A DNA stretch of 51,435 nt from a virus. Lineage: Duplodnaviria; Caudoviricetes. Made by a program: the position numbers and the translations under genes. The notes beneath the pieces are model-generated. The model worked only from the letters and a program-made list of their open reading frames with translations, was not told where the DNA came from and searched no databases. This document shows positions 9,166 to 18,828 of the stretch, piece after piece (the first letter of the stretch is position 1; every line of letters begins with the position of its first letter). The stretch lies in IMG/VR virus record IMGVR_UViG_3300030376_006121, positions 1 to 51,435 of that record. One strand, 5' to 3'.

Positions 9166-10247
9166 TGCCTATTTCTGCTGAAGTTCTCAGTGCTACTATC
9201 GAGGAGCTTCTGCCTCGACTTGAGATGACGTTCTGGCGTTGGTCGCCGCTGCTTGACAAGTTCTACAAGGCTGAGAGAATCAAGAAGGATTCTCCGTCTG
9301 GTCCCTTCCGTAAGTTCCGACTTATGACGGGCGCTCCCGGTCAGGCTACTCCGGTTATCTACGGTACCGAGTCGCTGTCTTCTCCCCGTAAGGACACGGT
9401 TACCACTGGTACCGTTTACGGTGGTCGAGTTATCTACCACTTCAAGGTTCCCGGTAAGGAGATGGCCGAGGTTAACACTGACGATGATGTTGATAACGTC
9501 ATTGAGCAGTATCCGATTGCTGCACTTCAGGACATGCACATTGGCATGACCAAGCAGTTGCTTATCGGTGGTCAGGCTCAGTACAACAACCTCGTTACCT
9601 TTAACGGCTCGCAGTCTTATGACTCTGATAGCGGTGCTTCGCGTAACGGTATCTTCAACTTCGCTGCTCCTGCTTCGCAGACTACTGCCGCTTACGGTGT
9701 TACCAAGCAGGGCGGTACTAATGGTGTCGCTGACTGGTACAACGGTTTCGCCTCCATTAACTCCATGGGTGACGATGGACAGAGCAAGATTCGCCGCGAG
9801 ATGTATCGCGCTGGCCGGGCTCATCCCTCCTACGGTACCCCGGACTGCCTGATCGCTGACGAGACTTCGTACAACAACTACGTTGATATGCGCGATGATC
9901 GAGTCATTACCCTTAACCAGTTTACTGGTGCCGAGGGTTCCGATAACGGGCACGAGGGTATTCACGTCAGCAAGTCTGCTGTGATGTACCTTGAGGAGTA
10001 CCTTGATATCGCTAACGCTACTGTCGTTGCACAGAACGGTATCATCTACGGTCTGAACACTAAGGCTTGGACCTATATGGTTCTTGGTCGGGATTCCGAG
10101 CACGAGGGTAAGGGCTGGTTTGAGATTCGTAAGCCGCTCCGTATGCCCGATGAGGAAGCTTGGAAGTGGGAGATCGTTTTCCACGGTAACCCCTACACCA
10201 CTAACCTCAACAGTAACTTTGTTATTGTTGGTGGACATCAGGAGTAA
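9165..10247 (+). CDS. Major capsid protein
   Basis: 360 aa after scaffold, GGAGG RBS, strongly biased codon usage typical of a highly expressed gene. Confidence 0.8.
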   Translation: MPISAEVLSATIEELLPRLEMTFWRWSPLLDKFYKAERIKKDSPSGPFRKFRLMTGAPGQATPVIYGTESLSSPRKDTVTTGTVYGGRVIYHFKVPGKEMAEVNTDDDVDNVIEQYPIAALQDMHIGMTKQLLIGGQAQYNNLVTFNGSQSYDSDSGASRNGIFNFAAPASQTTAAYGVTKQGGTNGVADWYNGFASINSMGDDGQSKIRREMYRAGRAHPSYGTPDCLIADETSYNNYVDMRDDRVITLNQFTGAEGSDNGHEGIHVSKSAVMYLEEYLDIANATVVAQNGIIYGLNTKAWTYMVLGRDSEHEGKGWFEIRKPLRMPDEEAWKWEIVFHGNPYTTNLNSNFVIVGGHQE

Positions 10248-10249
10248 CA

Positions 10250-10726
10250 ATGTCTGCATACGGATTTGATCCTTCTCAGAAGGATGCCACGGCCATGTTT
10301 GTGCCGGGTACCATTAAGGAGGAGCCTGCTACTGGCTCCACTGCTTCTACTTTCGAGGATTCTGGTCCTCGTCGTTGGCGGTATGTTAAGGCTGGCGCTT
10401 CGCTTTCTACCGGTGTTCCCTGCCGTCTAGATGATGCTGATGTTGCCTACACTGACGTGCTGTCTTCTGCCGCAAGTAAAGTCGCATCTTTAATTGCAGG
10501 TATTCCTCAGCAGGATTTTACCTCTGGTGAGTATGGCTGGGTTCTCTGCTTCGGTCTGGGTACCGTTAAGGATAGCGGTTCGGGTATCGCTTCTGGTGCT
10601 GCTTTTGCGGCTGCTTCAGGTGGAGTGGCCACCGCTGGTGGTGCGGCTGATAACGAGACTCTTGGGCACGTTACCGCTATTCTCGGTGCCAGCGCAACTG
10701 GTCTTGCCTTCATTCGCTGCGAGTAA
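10250..10726 (+). CDS. Capsid decoration/cement protein
   Basis: Follows capsid gene; WRYVKA...YGWV..G pattern, Gly/Ala-rich. Confidence 0.6.
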   Translation: MSAYGFDPSQKDATAMFVPGTIKEEPATGSTASTFEDSGPRRWRYVKAGASLSTGVPCRLDDADVAYTDVLSSAASKVASLIAGIPQQDFTSGEYGWVLCFGLGTVKDSGSGIASGAAFAAASGGVATAGGAADNETLGHVTAILGASATGLAFIRCE

Positions 10727-10732
10727 TACTTA

Positions 10733-12142
10733 ATGAACCTCCTTAGCGATCTTATGCAGAGTGTTTGGGACTTGTCAGATTGGCAACCCGACACAACTGA
10801 TGCTGCAAAAAATATGCTAAAGAGGTTCATTAACTCTGCGGCTACCAGAGTGTTTTCCGATGCTCCATCTCTGCCTTTCTTTAGAGAGGAGGTGGAGTGT
10901 TGGACTCATCCGGTATTAGAGTCAGTGCAAGGTGACTTAGCAGATAGAATATCCGTAAATAGCACATATTCAAATGTCTTAGACGTGCCAAGCGCAGTAG
11001 TGTCTAAGTTTTCAGTTAAATTTAATAAAGACCAAATGGCAGGCAAAACTATTGAGTTGAAGTCTGCTGCGGGAGAATGGGTAAAACGGCAGATATTAGG
11101 GTTCGTAGACGATGCCAGTGGTGGCGGTGGAAAGTTCGCCTTGGATAAGTTTTTCCCTACTGTCGATACGAATATGGAGTATCGTATCTACGAGGAGGCT
11201 GTGCTACTTCCTGATAGGGTAGCAGAGATTTACGATGTATCTATCTGGAATGAATCCCTGGGTGGAGTAAAAGTTAAACATATTCCCTATGGTGAAGCTC
11301 TGGACAGATGGCTCCATATTCGGCCCAATACCGAATTCCATATAGGTAGCCCCGCTACTACTTGGGTAGATGGTGACGCTTTTCTTAGGCCCCCAAGTGC
11401 GGGAGCTAAAGTTTCGGCAGACGGAGTTAATACTTTTAATGCTGGGCATGAAGGTGGTACTTTTGAGTACGCATACACTTTGTGTTTAGGTAAAAAGTAC
11501 TCCTATGATATGTCTTACACAGATAAAGCCATACCTTACATGGAATCCAGTATCAGTAAATCTACTGGAAGCATTACTACAACAAATGGCGGTAGTGGTA
11601 ACAAAATCACTTTTCCTGATTATGGTTACCTGTTAGGCTTTGGGGCTGCACCGCTCAAGACTTATTTAGATTTCTATTATAGAATATACAGAAAGCAGAC
11701 TGTTTCTACCGGTGGCGGCTCTTTTGCCGCAAGAACTGATGACCACAATGAATGGCGATTAGTGGGGCAAACTCTTAATACCTATGACACTTGGACTGAT
11801 AGAGGCTACGTGCCGCATATCTATGAAGTCTTCAAGCAGAACAAAGGGTATAGAAAGCTCTACATGACTCCGTTTCCTGATGATGTCTATCGTCTTAAGC
11901 TTAAGACTCGATGCAGACCACAGGAATACACGGACGAAAACCAAGTTTTACCATGGCCCAGAGAAGTGCTTGAGTGTATGAAGTGGGATGCTTTTCGCAG
12001 ATTAGCTTACCATCTCGGGGATTCGCACTTTACTGATAAAGCTGAGAACAACTACAGAAAGTGTCTCAGAGCGGCTAAGAAAAGATTCACTGGTGGACCC
12101 GATAGGGTCTTAAAAAGAAAAACGTCGAGAGTGTATAGATGA
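10733..12142 (+). CDS. Head-tail adaptor-like virion protein with inserted beta-rich domains
   Basis: Helical N-terminus (LKRFINSA), P.PD.VY and helical C-terminus typical of adaptors; position. Confidence 0.5.
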   Translation: MNLLSDLMQSVWDLSDWQPDTTDAAKNMLKRFINSAATRVFSDAPSLPFFREEVECWTHPVLESVQGDLADRISVNSTYSNVLDVPSAVVSKFSVKFNKDQMAGKTIELKSAAGEWVKRQILGFVDDASGGGGKFALDKFFPTVDTNMEYRIYEEAVLLPDRVAEIYDVSIWNESLGGVKVKHIPYGEALDRWLHIRPNTEFHIGSPATTWVDGDAFLRPPSAGAKVSADGVNTFNAGHEGGTFEYAYTLCLGKKYSYDMSYTDKAIPYMESSISKSTGSITTTNGGSGNKITFPDYGYLLGFGAAPLKTYLDFYYRIYRKQTVSTGGGSFAARTDDHNEWRLVGQTLNTYDTWTDRGYVPHIYEVFKQNKGYRKLYMTPFPDDVYRLKLKTRCRPQEYTDENQVLPWPREVLECMKWDAFRRLAYHLGDSHFTDKAENNYRKCLRAAKKRFTGGPDRVLKRKTSRVYR

Positions 12143-12420
12143 AAGGCAACGAGATTAACAACTTCGGGGCAGAGGTAGAGGGTGTGCCGCTTGGAGCACC
12201 TATTCCCGGTTGTGTTTACTGGAATCCCCAAGTGAACGAGTTCCAGTTTGTGTCTGCGCTTTTCCCTATCTCAGATGTAGTTTGGAAGTTTAGGCTTCAG
12301 AGTGCCCGTTTCAGAGATGAGGCGTACACCAGTGACTCTCCTATTCGCTTAGAGCTTCACTCTTTTCCTGAGATGCGAGGGGTGTTACAACTCCCGGATT
12401 TTCTTCTAATGGAAGAATAA
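12139..12420 (+). CDS. Hypothetical protein
   Basis: Overlaps the upstream stop by 4 nt and abuts the next gene. Confidence 0.6.
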   Translation: MKGNEINNFGAEVEGVPLGAPIPGCVYWNPQVNEFQFVSALFPISDVVWKFRLQSARFRDEAYTSDSPIRLELHSFPEMRGVLQLPDFLLMEE

Positions 12421-14544
12421 ATGTACGAAAAGAATCTACTGAAAGCAGGCCCCCTCACTCTTTTAGTAGAAAACTCTAAGCTCTATCCACCGGAAGAATT
12501 CGCGGATAGGATAGAAAACTTAGAGCTGACGAAGGATGCTACCCTAAGAACAGTTAGGGGGCCAGTGCCTTTAATTAGAGTTGGCGCTTATTCAAGCTAC
12601 AGCAACATGCAGGGCATAGGCTACTTCGTTGATTTCAGAGGTAAGATGCACCTCTTAATCCATGATGGGGCTGCTATTAAGTCTTTCCGGGGGGATAAGA
12701 ATAATTGGGATGAAATCTTTGGAGCCTCTGGGGAACTTAAGCACGTTGTTCCTAATGATAATTCTATCAAAGCTCCTACTCGTTTTGTCCCGGTTCCTGG
12801 CGGAATAGTCATCATTCCCCATACCGGTAGAGCCCTTTTCTACGATGGGACTATTCCGGATACGTTGGGCTACACTAACGGTCCTTCTTCGCCTGTGGGT
12901 TTTGGTCCCCACTCTAACATTTCCACCAGTGATATGGATAGTGGAAATGATGAAGGGTATCTTATGGATGCCCTAAACATGCGAGTAGCAGGGGGCGGGA
13001 AAAACACAGATTACTTTGGGTTCGGGCAGTTAGGCACTGTTATTCGAGATCCAGATTCTGAGTACGCTTCTTTACTCAGGGGATCCTGGCAGGCAGCTTA
13101 CCGGTGGATTGATTATTGGGGTAATATGTCCCCGTTATCCCAGAGATCCGAAGCGGTACTTACCGGTTCCAAGCGGCAAGCTGTGAGTACCGGTAGCGGA
13201 GATAAAGTCGCGGAGACTTTACAGTTTAATCTCCTCTGGACTAATATCCAGCAGGGCGAGGGTACCACGGTTGGCGGGATTTTCTGTAGGACTAAGGACC
13301 AGTTTAACTCTGGTACTTCTGCTCTGTTTGAGTACCCTTCAAGCAGCTTAAGTAATGCCGCTTATAATGTTCCCGGCTCTATCGCTGAGAAAATACCGGA
13401 CAGTGTGCCGGATACTGAACTGGTACTGGAACCGTTAGACGTAATACCCGTGCCGTACTTCAGGGTAGCAGAGGTGGCCTTCGGCCAGTTGTGGGTAGCC
13501 GGTATGGAGTCTAACCCCAGCGTTGTTCACCGTAGCGTGCCGGGTAAATGGGGCACTTTTCTCCGTAACGAGTTCGAGGCTGTCGCTCCTGCCGGTAACA
13601 AAATCGTAGCCCTTAAGAAATGTAACCAGGGCTTGTTAGTCTTTACAGACAGCACTACAAGTTTAATCTCCCAGAATAACGACACCGGGGGATTCTACGT
13701 TGTCCAACTATCTGCGTCTATTGGCGCTGTTGGACAAGAGTCTGTTTGCGAGTTTGGAAGCACTGCTATCGTCTGGCTCTCCCGTAGAGGATTTGCAGCC
13801 TGGGACGGGCAAGCTGTCAACATTATATCTACGAACATAGAAGCCAGAACAGATAGGATTAATTGGGGCAGGGCTATTCAGTCTTGCGCAGTGTACAATC
13901 CTATGCGCGGTGAGTATCTTTGCTCTGTTCCTTATGAAGCCTCCACAGAAAACAATAGAATTTTTGTGTTTGATGGTACTGGCTTTAGAGAGTACACAGA
14001 TTTTAAGATGCAACATGCCGTACACATTAACGGTATGATTGTCTACTCTGGGAAGGATACTGCAAGCTCTACAGAGAGATCCGGTGTTTGGGTTTTTGGC
14101 GGAGAGAGCGCTGAGTATTCTTCCCAGAGTAGATCTATCGTAATGGAAACGCCTTGGATGGCAGTAATGGGCGGAGGCAGATTTTCCATTAAAGAGGTAC
14201 TACTTACTCTAAGAGAGACTACCTCTTTTGCTGATGACCATAGCTCCGGTATAATTAGCTGCGAAGTCTACCGAGACTTTAACAAGCGCACACCTGTAGC
14301 GACTATCACATTCCAGACTCGCTCAAAAGAGCGCATACCTCCTGCTTTTGATTCCGCTAATATTGGTGCGGGACAAGACGCTTTCTTTATGAAACGCAGA
14401 GCTTTTCAGCAGAGAAAAGGTGTGGCTGCTCCAAGCACAGAAGTTATCAAGTTTAAGTTTACTTGCGATAACAAAGTAGACATTAAATCTATTGGTATGA
14501 CATTCCATCCCCGTAATGAGATGGGTCGGAGGCCGAGAGGATGA
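12421..14544 (+). CDS. Tail nozzle / stabilisation protein (P22 gp10 / tubular B-like)
   Basis: 707 aa, beta-propeller-like segments (QLWVAG, LLVFT, IGAVG, WDG). Confidence 0.6.
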   Translation: MYEKNLLKAGPLTLLVENSKLYPPEEFADRIENLELTKDATLRTVRGPVPLIRVGAYSSYSNMQGIGYFVDFRGKMHLLIHDGAAIKSFRGDKNNWDEIFGASGELKHVVPNDNSIKAPTRFVPVPGGIVIIPHTGRALFYDGTIPDTLGYTNGPSSPVGFGPHSNISTSDMDSGNDEGYLMDALNMRVAGGGKNTDYFGFGQLGTVIRDPDSEYASLLRGSWQAAYRWIDYWGNMSPLSQRSEAVLTGSKRQAVSTGSGDKVAETLQFNLLWTNIQQGEGTTVGGIFCRTKDQFNSGTSALFEYPSSSLSNAAYNVPGSIAEKIPDSVPDTELVLEPLDVIPVPYFRVAEVAFGQLWVAGMESNPSVVHRSVPGKWGTFLRNEFEAVAPAGNKIVALKKCNQGLLVFTDSTTSLISQNNDTGGFYVVQLSASIGAVGQESVCEFGSTAIVWLSRRGFAAWDGQAVNIISTNIEARTDRINWGRAIQSCAVYNPMRGEYLCSVPYEASTENNRIFVFDGTGFREYTDFKMQHAVHINGMIVYSGKDTASSTERSGVWVFGGESAEYSSQSRSIVMETPWMAVMGGGRFSIKEVLLTLRETTSFADDHSSGIISCEVYRDFNKRTPVATITFQTRSKERIPPAFDSANIGAGQDAFFMKRRAFQQRKGVAAPSTEVIKFKFTCDNKVDIKSIGMTFHPRNEMGRRPRG

Positions 14545-15227
14545 TCCCGTTTTACCCTTTCCCCTTTCGTAAAGCGCACTCTCACGAGGTCTTCGATACC
14601 GAAGACTACATGGACATGTTCGGACCCCTTATCGGAGCTATCGGTAATCTCGGGTTCCATAACTTTAACGACACCAACTCCCTAAACCGCACTCATTTTA
14701 ACCATGAGGCTGTGTTTAGAACGTCTGGTGTGTCTACTTACGCTTCCATAACCAGTTCTGCCAACCACGGTATGACTGTTACGACTGCTCCAACTGCTGC
14801 AAATAACAGCACTGAGCTTCAGTTAAACACTGATTGGCAGGTACTCCACACTCTTGACAGGTTCTTTTACACCTCTACTGTTATTATTAACGGTAAAGCG
14901 CAGGTGATGCGGGACGTGACAAACTCTGGTGGAACTGCCGCTAAAGACAATGTTTTAGGCTTTCAGTTAGCCATTCGTATTGATGGCTTAGTCTACGAAG
15001 ACGGAGCCTCCGGTGGTCGTCAATCCTCTAATGATCCTACGCCCCTTTATGGCCCCGTAGCTTACAAAGGCGTTAACGCTCTGGCTATTATCCCCATTTT
15101 AGAGGGTAACCATAAAATAGAGTTAGTAGCTCGGTGTAGCCGTAAGGACGATTGGGCAGACCTTAGCTCTCCTATTCTTTACTACATTGGCAACTCGTAC
15201 CTTACCTTTTTGGAGTGCTTGATCTAA
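14541..15227 (+). CDS. Putative tail/spike protein
   Basis: Beta-rich, coupled in the structural operon. Confidence 0.5.
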   Translation: MIPFYPFPFRKAHSHEVFDTEDYMDMFGPLIGAIGNLGFHNFNDTNSLNRTHFNHEAVFRTSGVSTYASITSSANHGMTVTTAPTAANNSTELQLNTDWQVLHTLDRFFYTSTVIINGKAQVMRDVTNSGGTAAKDNVLGFQLAIRIDGLVYEDGASGGRQSSNDPTPLYGPVAYKGVNALAIIPILEGNHKIELVARCSRKDDWADLSSPILYYIGNSYLTFLECLI

Positions 15228-15958
15228 TGCCTATCACTGTACCAGAGGAAGGCGACGAGATCACTAAGGCTATCTCTGATGCTTGGTTTACCGACATTAG
15301 AGATAGGCTAAACGCTCTAAAGCCTGACGATATAGCAGACCGCGCCTTAGATACTCAGGTGCCAGAGTTAGCTATCACTTCTTCTACCGTAGAAATCTAT
15401 AGTAGTGGCGGTTCGTCTATGGGCATAAACCACACGTACACCGCTGCTACTGCTCCGTATCCTGGGTATGATCAGACCTCTGGATGGTTAGTCGTTGGGG
15501 CTGGCGCTCTTTCTTCCGCTACTGCCCAGCAGCTATTGGCCATAACAGGTTTCTCTGTTACTCGCCCTTCTCCCACTTCTGATGCTAATTTTGCAGGCGG
15601 CATTCTAATCCTTTGCAACATTAGAGTGCTACAGCTTTTTGATGGCGGTGAGTCTTACCCCACTACTCAAGGGCTTGCTCCTATTTTTGCTGCGTTTACT
15701 CTCCAGGTAAACCTTCAGACCTCTGGTTGGGTAAACATTGCTGCCACTGAGGAAATCATAAACAACATGGGGCCGGATAACATATCTTGGGCTCTTTGTT
15801 TAAATAACTTAGTGGAGCCTTTAGCCGAAAACGTTATCGGCGTTAGAGCTATGGTATCTGTACACAGGGGTAGTGTCGCTGCGGCTGACGCCAAAGTGAT
15901 TCTCGGAGACTGTAATCTCACAGTCATAGCCTTAAGAAGCGGGTTTATAAGTAGCTAA
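15227..15958 (+). CDS. Putative tail/spike protein
   Basis: TAATG overlap places the start at 15227; beta-rich. Confidence 0.5.
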   Translation: MPITVPEEGDEITKAISDAWFTDIRDRLNALKPDDIADRALDTQVPELAITSSTVEIYSSGGSSMGINHTYTAATAPYPGYDQTSGWLVVGAGALSSATAQQLLAITGFSVTRPSPTSDANFAGGILILCNIRVLQLFDGGESYPTTQGLAPIFAAFTLQVNLQTSGWVNIAATEEIINNMGPDNISWALCLNNLVEPLAENVIGVRAMVSVHRGSVAAADAKVILGDCNLTVIALRSGFISS

Positions 15959-16584
15959 TGGCCGACATAACTATCCCAAACGCTTTTACTGACGGGGCTG
16001 TTATCAGCTCTACAAGTTTTAACCAGAACTTGTTTAACCGTATCGCTACACCTGCCAGTGCTTCTGTTCTCCACGGAAAACTTGATCAGGCCAACATTGA
16101 TTTTTCCACTTATGCTCAAGGCTTAACCCGTAGGCATGTCTACAGGTACGGAGATTTCTATGTTTCCTCTACCTCTAAATACATTGACTACCCCAAAGTT
16201 TTATTTGCTGATACCGCTGCCCGCACTGGCGCTCAGATACCGGTCATGGGAACAGGGCTAAGGTTCTATTTGCGCAAAGCCAACATGAAAGTTGTGCTCA
16301 TAGCATGGTGCAATGTTTTGTGTGACTCTACCGCTAATGCTACCGTCATAGAGCTGCCTATGCTTCTTGACGGCAACAAGCAGAGCTTCACTCTTAACAG
16401 TATGCCAAACTCTTATAATGGTTCAAATGAGCATGAGCCGTGGTTCCATACGAGACAATACCATACACATCGTCTGCGTACAAACCTGACTAAAGGCTGG
16501 CATACCCTAAGTTTGGGTGTCTATTCTCAGGCAAACATGATAAGATTCAGACACAGAGGGACCGCTGTAATTGCGCTCCCATAG
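15958..16584 (+). CDS. Putative tail/spike protein
   Basis: TAATG overlap; N-terminus ITIPNAFTDG..I....N.N resembles fibre attachment segments. Confidence 0.5.
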   Translation: MADITIPNAFTDGAVISSTSFNQNLFNRIATPASASVLHGKLDQANIDFSTYAQGLTRRHVYRYGDFYVSSTSKYIDYPKVLFADTAARTGAQIPVMGTGLRFYLRKANMKVVLIAWCNVLCDSTANATVIELPMLLDGNKQSFTLNSMPNSYNGSNEHEPWFHTRQYHTHRLRTNLTKGWHTLSLGVYSQANMIRFRHRGTAVIALP

Positions 16585-16593
16585 GAGCGGTAA

Positions 16594-17118
16594 ATGTCCA
16601 TCAATGATGCTCTAAGCACTGCAAGTAGTATCTCTAACGCTTATGGTGGGCGTGAAAACGTATACGGTACTAACGTTTCAAAGCTTAACCTAAGAGCGCC
16701 CCAAGTCAGTAAGCAGGTATTAATTAACGACTTGCAGGCAATGGAGAGAGGTGAGTTAGGTCTTACCGAATCTCAGCAAGACCAGATCATAGACCGTGCC
16801 GGTGAGCAGCAAAGAGCGATGATTAACGCTCAGAACGCTATCTCCGCAAGACAAGCAATGGGCGGAGTCCCAGGTGTTGCTTCCGGTCAGCAGATGGAAA
16901 TGCAAAAGCAGATAGCGGGCTCTCAAGCTCAGGCTTCTGCTATGGCTGCATCTGAAGCAGCTAAGTTATCTCAGTCTTTAGCTGAAGCCAAGAGACAAGA
17001 GATCCTTGCTCGTCTTGAAGGTCAGCAGGATAGGCGCAGAGAAAACACTATGTTCGCTGTAAGTGAAGTCGGAGATAACTTAGAAGCTCTGGCTGATTTT
17101 ATCCCGACTCCAGCTTAA
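16594..17118 (+). CDS. Putative internal virion (ejection) protein
   Basis: Gln/Ala-rich helical protein; first of three genes of increasing size. Confidence 0.5.
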   Translation: MSINDALSTASSISNAYGGRENVYGTNVSKLNLRAPQVSKQVLINDLQAMERGELGLTESQQDQIIDRAGEQQRAMINAQNAISARQAMGGVPGVASGQQMEMQKQIAGSQAQASAMAASEAAKLSQSLAEAKRQEILARLEGQQDRRRENTMFAVSEVGDNLEALADFIPTPA

Positions 17119-17142
17119 TCCCGCACCACAGTAGGCGTAACC

Positions 17143-18828
17143 ATGGCTACAAACGAAGAATTAGTAGACCTCCTTCTGCTTCCCAAAAACAAAGGGATGC
17201 TGGATATTTTAATCCTCGCAGAAAGCGGTAGGGGAATTGAAAGAGAAGTCCTTGCTCGTAATACGGGTAGAGCGTTTGCTTCTTTTGCTCTTGGTTCTCC
17301 ACTTCCAGCTATTGATATTCGAGGTGCCCAGGGGTTAACTGCGGATCAAATAGCCAATTATACTATAGAAAACACAAAACTAAAGCAGAACATTGCTAAA
17401 CAAAAAGCTGAAACTTTAGCGACCATTAATGATCAAAATTTGTCTGCGGCAGAAAAAAAAGCAGACTTAACAAAGCAAAACATGGAAGTGTTAAGGACAA
17501 TAATAACTCAGGCAGCAACTAACGCCAGAAAAAGTGGTGAATTAACTAATTCGTTGTCGATCTCAAAATTAGAGGAAACCACTAAGCTATTAGAGGAACG
17601 AGGAAATAAAAGGCAAACGTACAGTAAAGACGGTTTTAGTACCGCTCAAGCTCAGGCTTATAATGAAGTCATTAATCAATTAGAGCAACAAGACGGCATG
17701 TTTGGGGATATAGATGACGATACAATATTGAATATTATAAAAGGGCAAACAGACTCGTTAGTAATAAGTCCTGGCGAAGAAATGCAGAGATTTCTGTATA
17801 ACATTGATAGGGAGATAGTCCTTAGAAGCCCTGAGCCGGAAGAAGGAGAGGAGCGGCGGGGACTTATGGCTATGATTGAAGATGCCGGTGATGGGTTTTT
17901 TGGTACTGTGACACCAGCACTGAAAGAGGCAGCAGCCAGTATAAATCCAAGATTAGCAGAAGATAGTGTGGATTTAACTTTACTTGATGATCAGTTACAG
18001 CTTTTAGATGCAGAAGGGATTAAGCCCGGAGGCGTTAGTGCTACTGGTTCTATAGAGCAGGCTGTTGGCGTTGCAATTGAGCTTGGTCTTTTCAAGCTTA
18101 ACGAAGATGGAACTGGTATTGAGCTGAACAGTGATTTTGACCCTGGAATATTAAACTCTAACGATGCAGAGCAGTTAGTTAATGATTACTTTGTCCCAGC
18201 AGAAAACCAAATTACCGCTAACATATTAGCCTTACAGACTACTGGTCAGGGGCAAAGAACGTTTAGAGATGTGATGGTTAACGTTGTTCTTGGGGATGAA
18301 CAGTACCAAGAAGTAGCAGCAGAAGCCGCAAAACTTCCTCGCATCTTTGGAAGAAAAGATGACAGTGAGGCAGCTACAGGCGAAAGCCCTAAAGATTACC
18401 GTAGAGTTGCCGGGCAAAGACGAGCACAGGATAGGGTTCTCAGAGCAGGACGGCAGATAGGTAAAGGTAAGTTCGAGGAAAAAACAGGAGAAGGCGGGAA
18501 AGTTATCCAGAGTATGACGCCGGGTGAGGCTTACGCTGCCCGACAGCAGGCACGGTTAAAGCGGCGCAAGGGCGAAGTTTTAGTTGAGTCTGACGCACAG
18601 AAAGAAGCTAAAGCAGCGCAAGAAAAAGCCCTAAAAGAAGGCGCTTTAGGCGCTGTGCAGAACATGGGCGCACCTCAAAGATACACACCCTCTGCTCCTG
18701 ATTCTGGTTCCAAGTATGGTTTTGAAGGTCTTGAAGCTACAGCAGAAAAACGAAAACAAAATCTTGCTAAACAAAGAGAAACAGCTAACCAGATGATGTT
18801 AGACATTTTGGAGGCGCAGCAGTCATGA
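17143..18828 (+). CDS. Putative internal virion (ejection) protein
   Basis: 561-aa helical protein upstream of the giant ORF. Confidence 0.5.
   Translation: MATNEELVDLLLLPKNKGMLDILILAESGRGIEREVLARNTGRAFASFALGSPLPAIDIRGAQGLTADQIANYTIENTKLKQNIAKQKAETLATINDQNLSAAEKKADLTKQNMEVLRTIITQAATNARKSGELTNSLSISKLEETTKLLEERGNKRQTYSKDGFSTAQAQAYNEVINQLEQQDGMFGDIDDDTILNIIKGQTDSLVISPGEEMQRFLYNIDREIVLRSPEPEEGEERRGLMAMIEDAGDGFFGTVTPALKEAAASINPRLAEDSVDLTLLDDQLQLLDAEGIKPGGVSATGSIEQAVGVAIELGLFKLNEDGTGIELNSDFDPGILNSNDAEQLVNDYFVPAENQITANILALQTTGQGQRTFRDVMVNVVLGDEQYQEVAAEAAKLPRIFGRKDDSEAATGESPKDYRRVAGQRRAQDRVLRAGRQIGKGKFEEKTGEGGKVIQSMTPGEAYAARQQARLKRRKGEVLVESDAQKEAKAAQEKALKEGALGAVQNMGAPQRYTPSAPDSGSKYGFEGLEATAEKRKQNLAKQRETANQMMLDILEAQQS

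Noticed and set aside
9162-10259. 365-aa antisense ORF over the capsid gene
   Set aside because: Arises because the sense gene avoids TTA/CTA/TCA codons; no RBS or motif.
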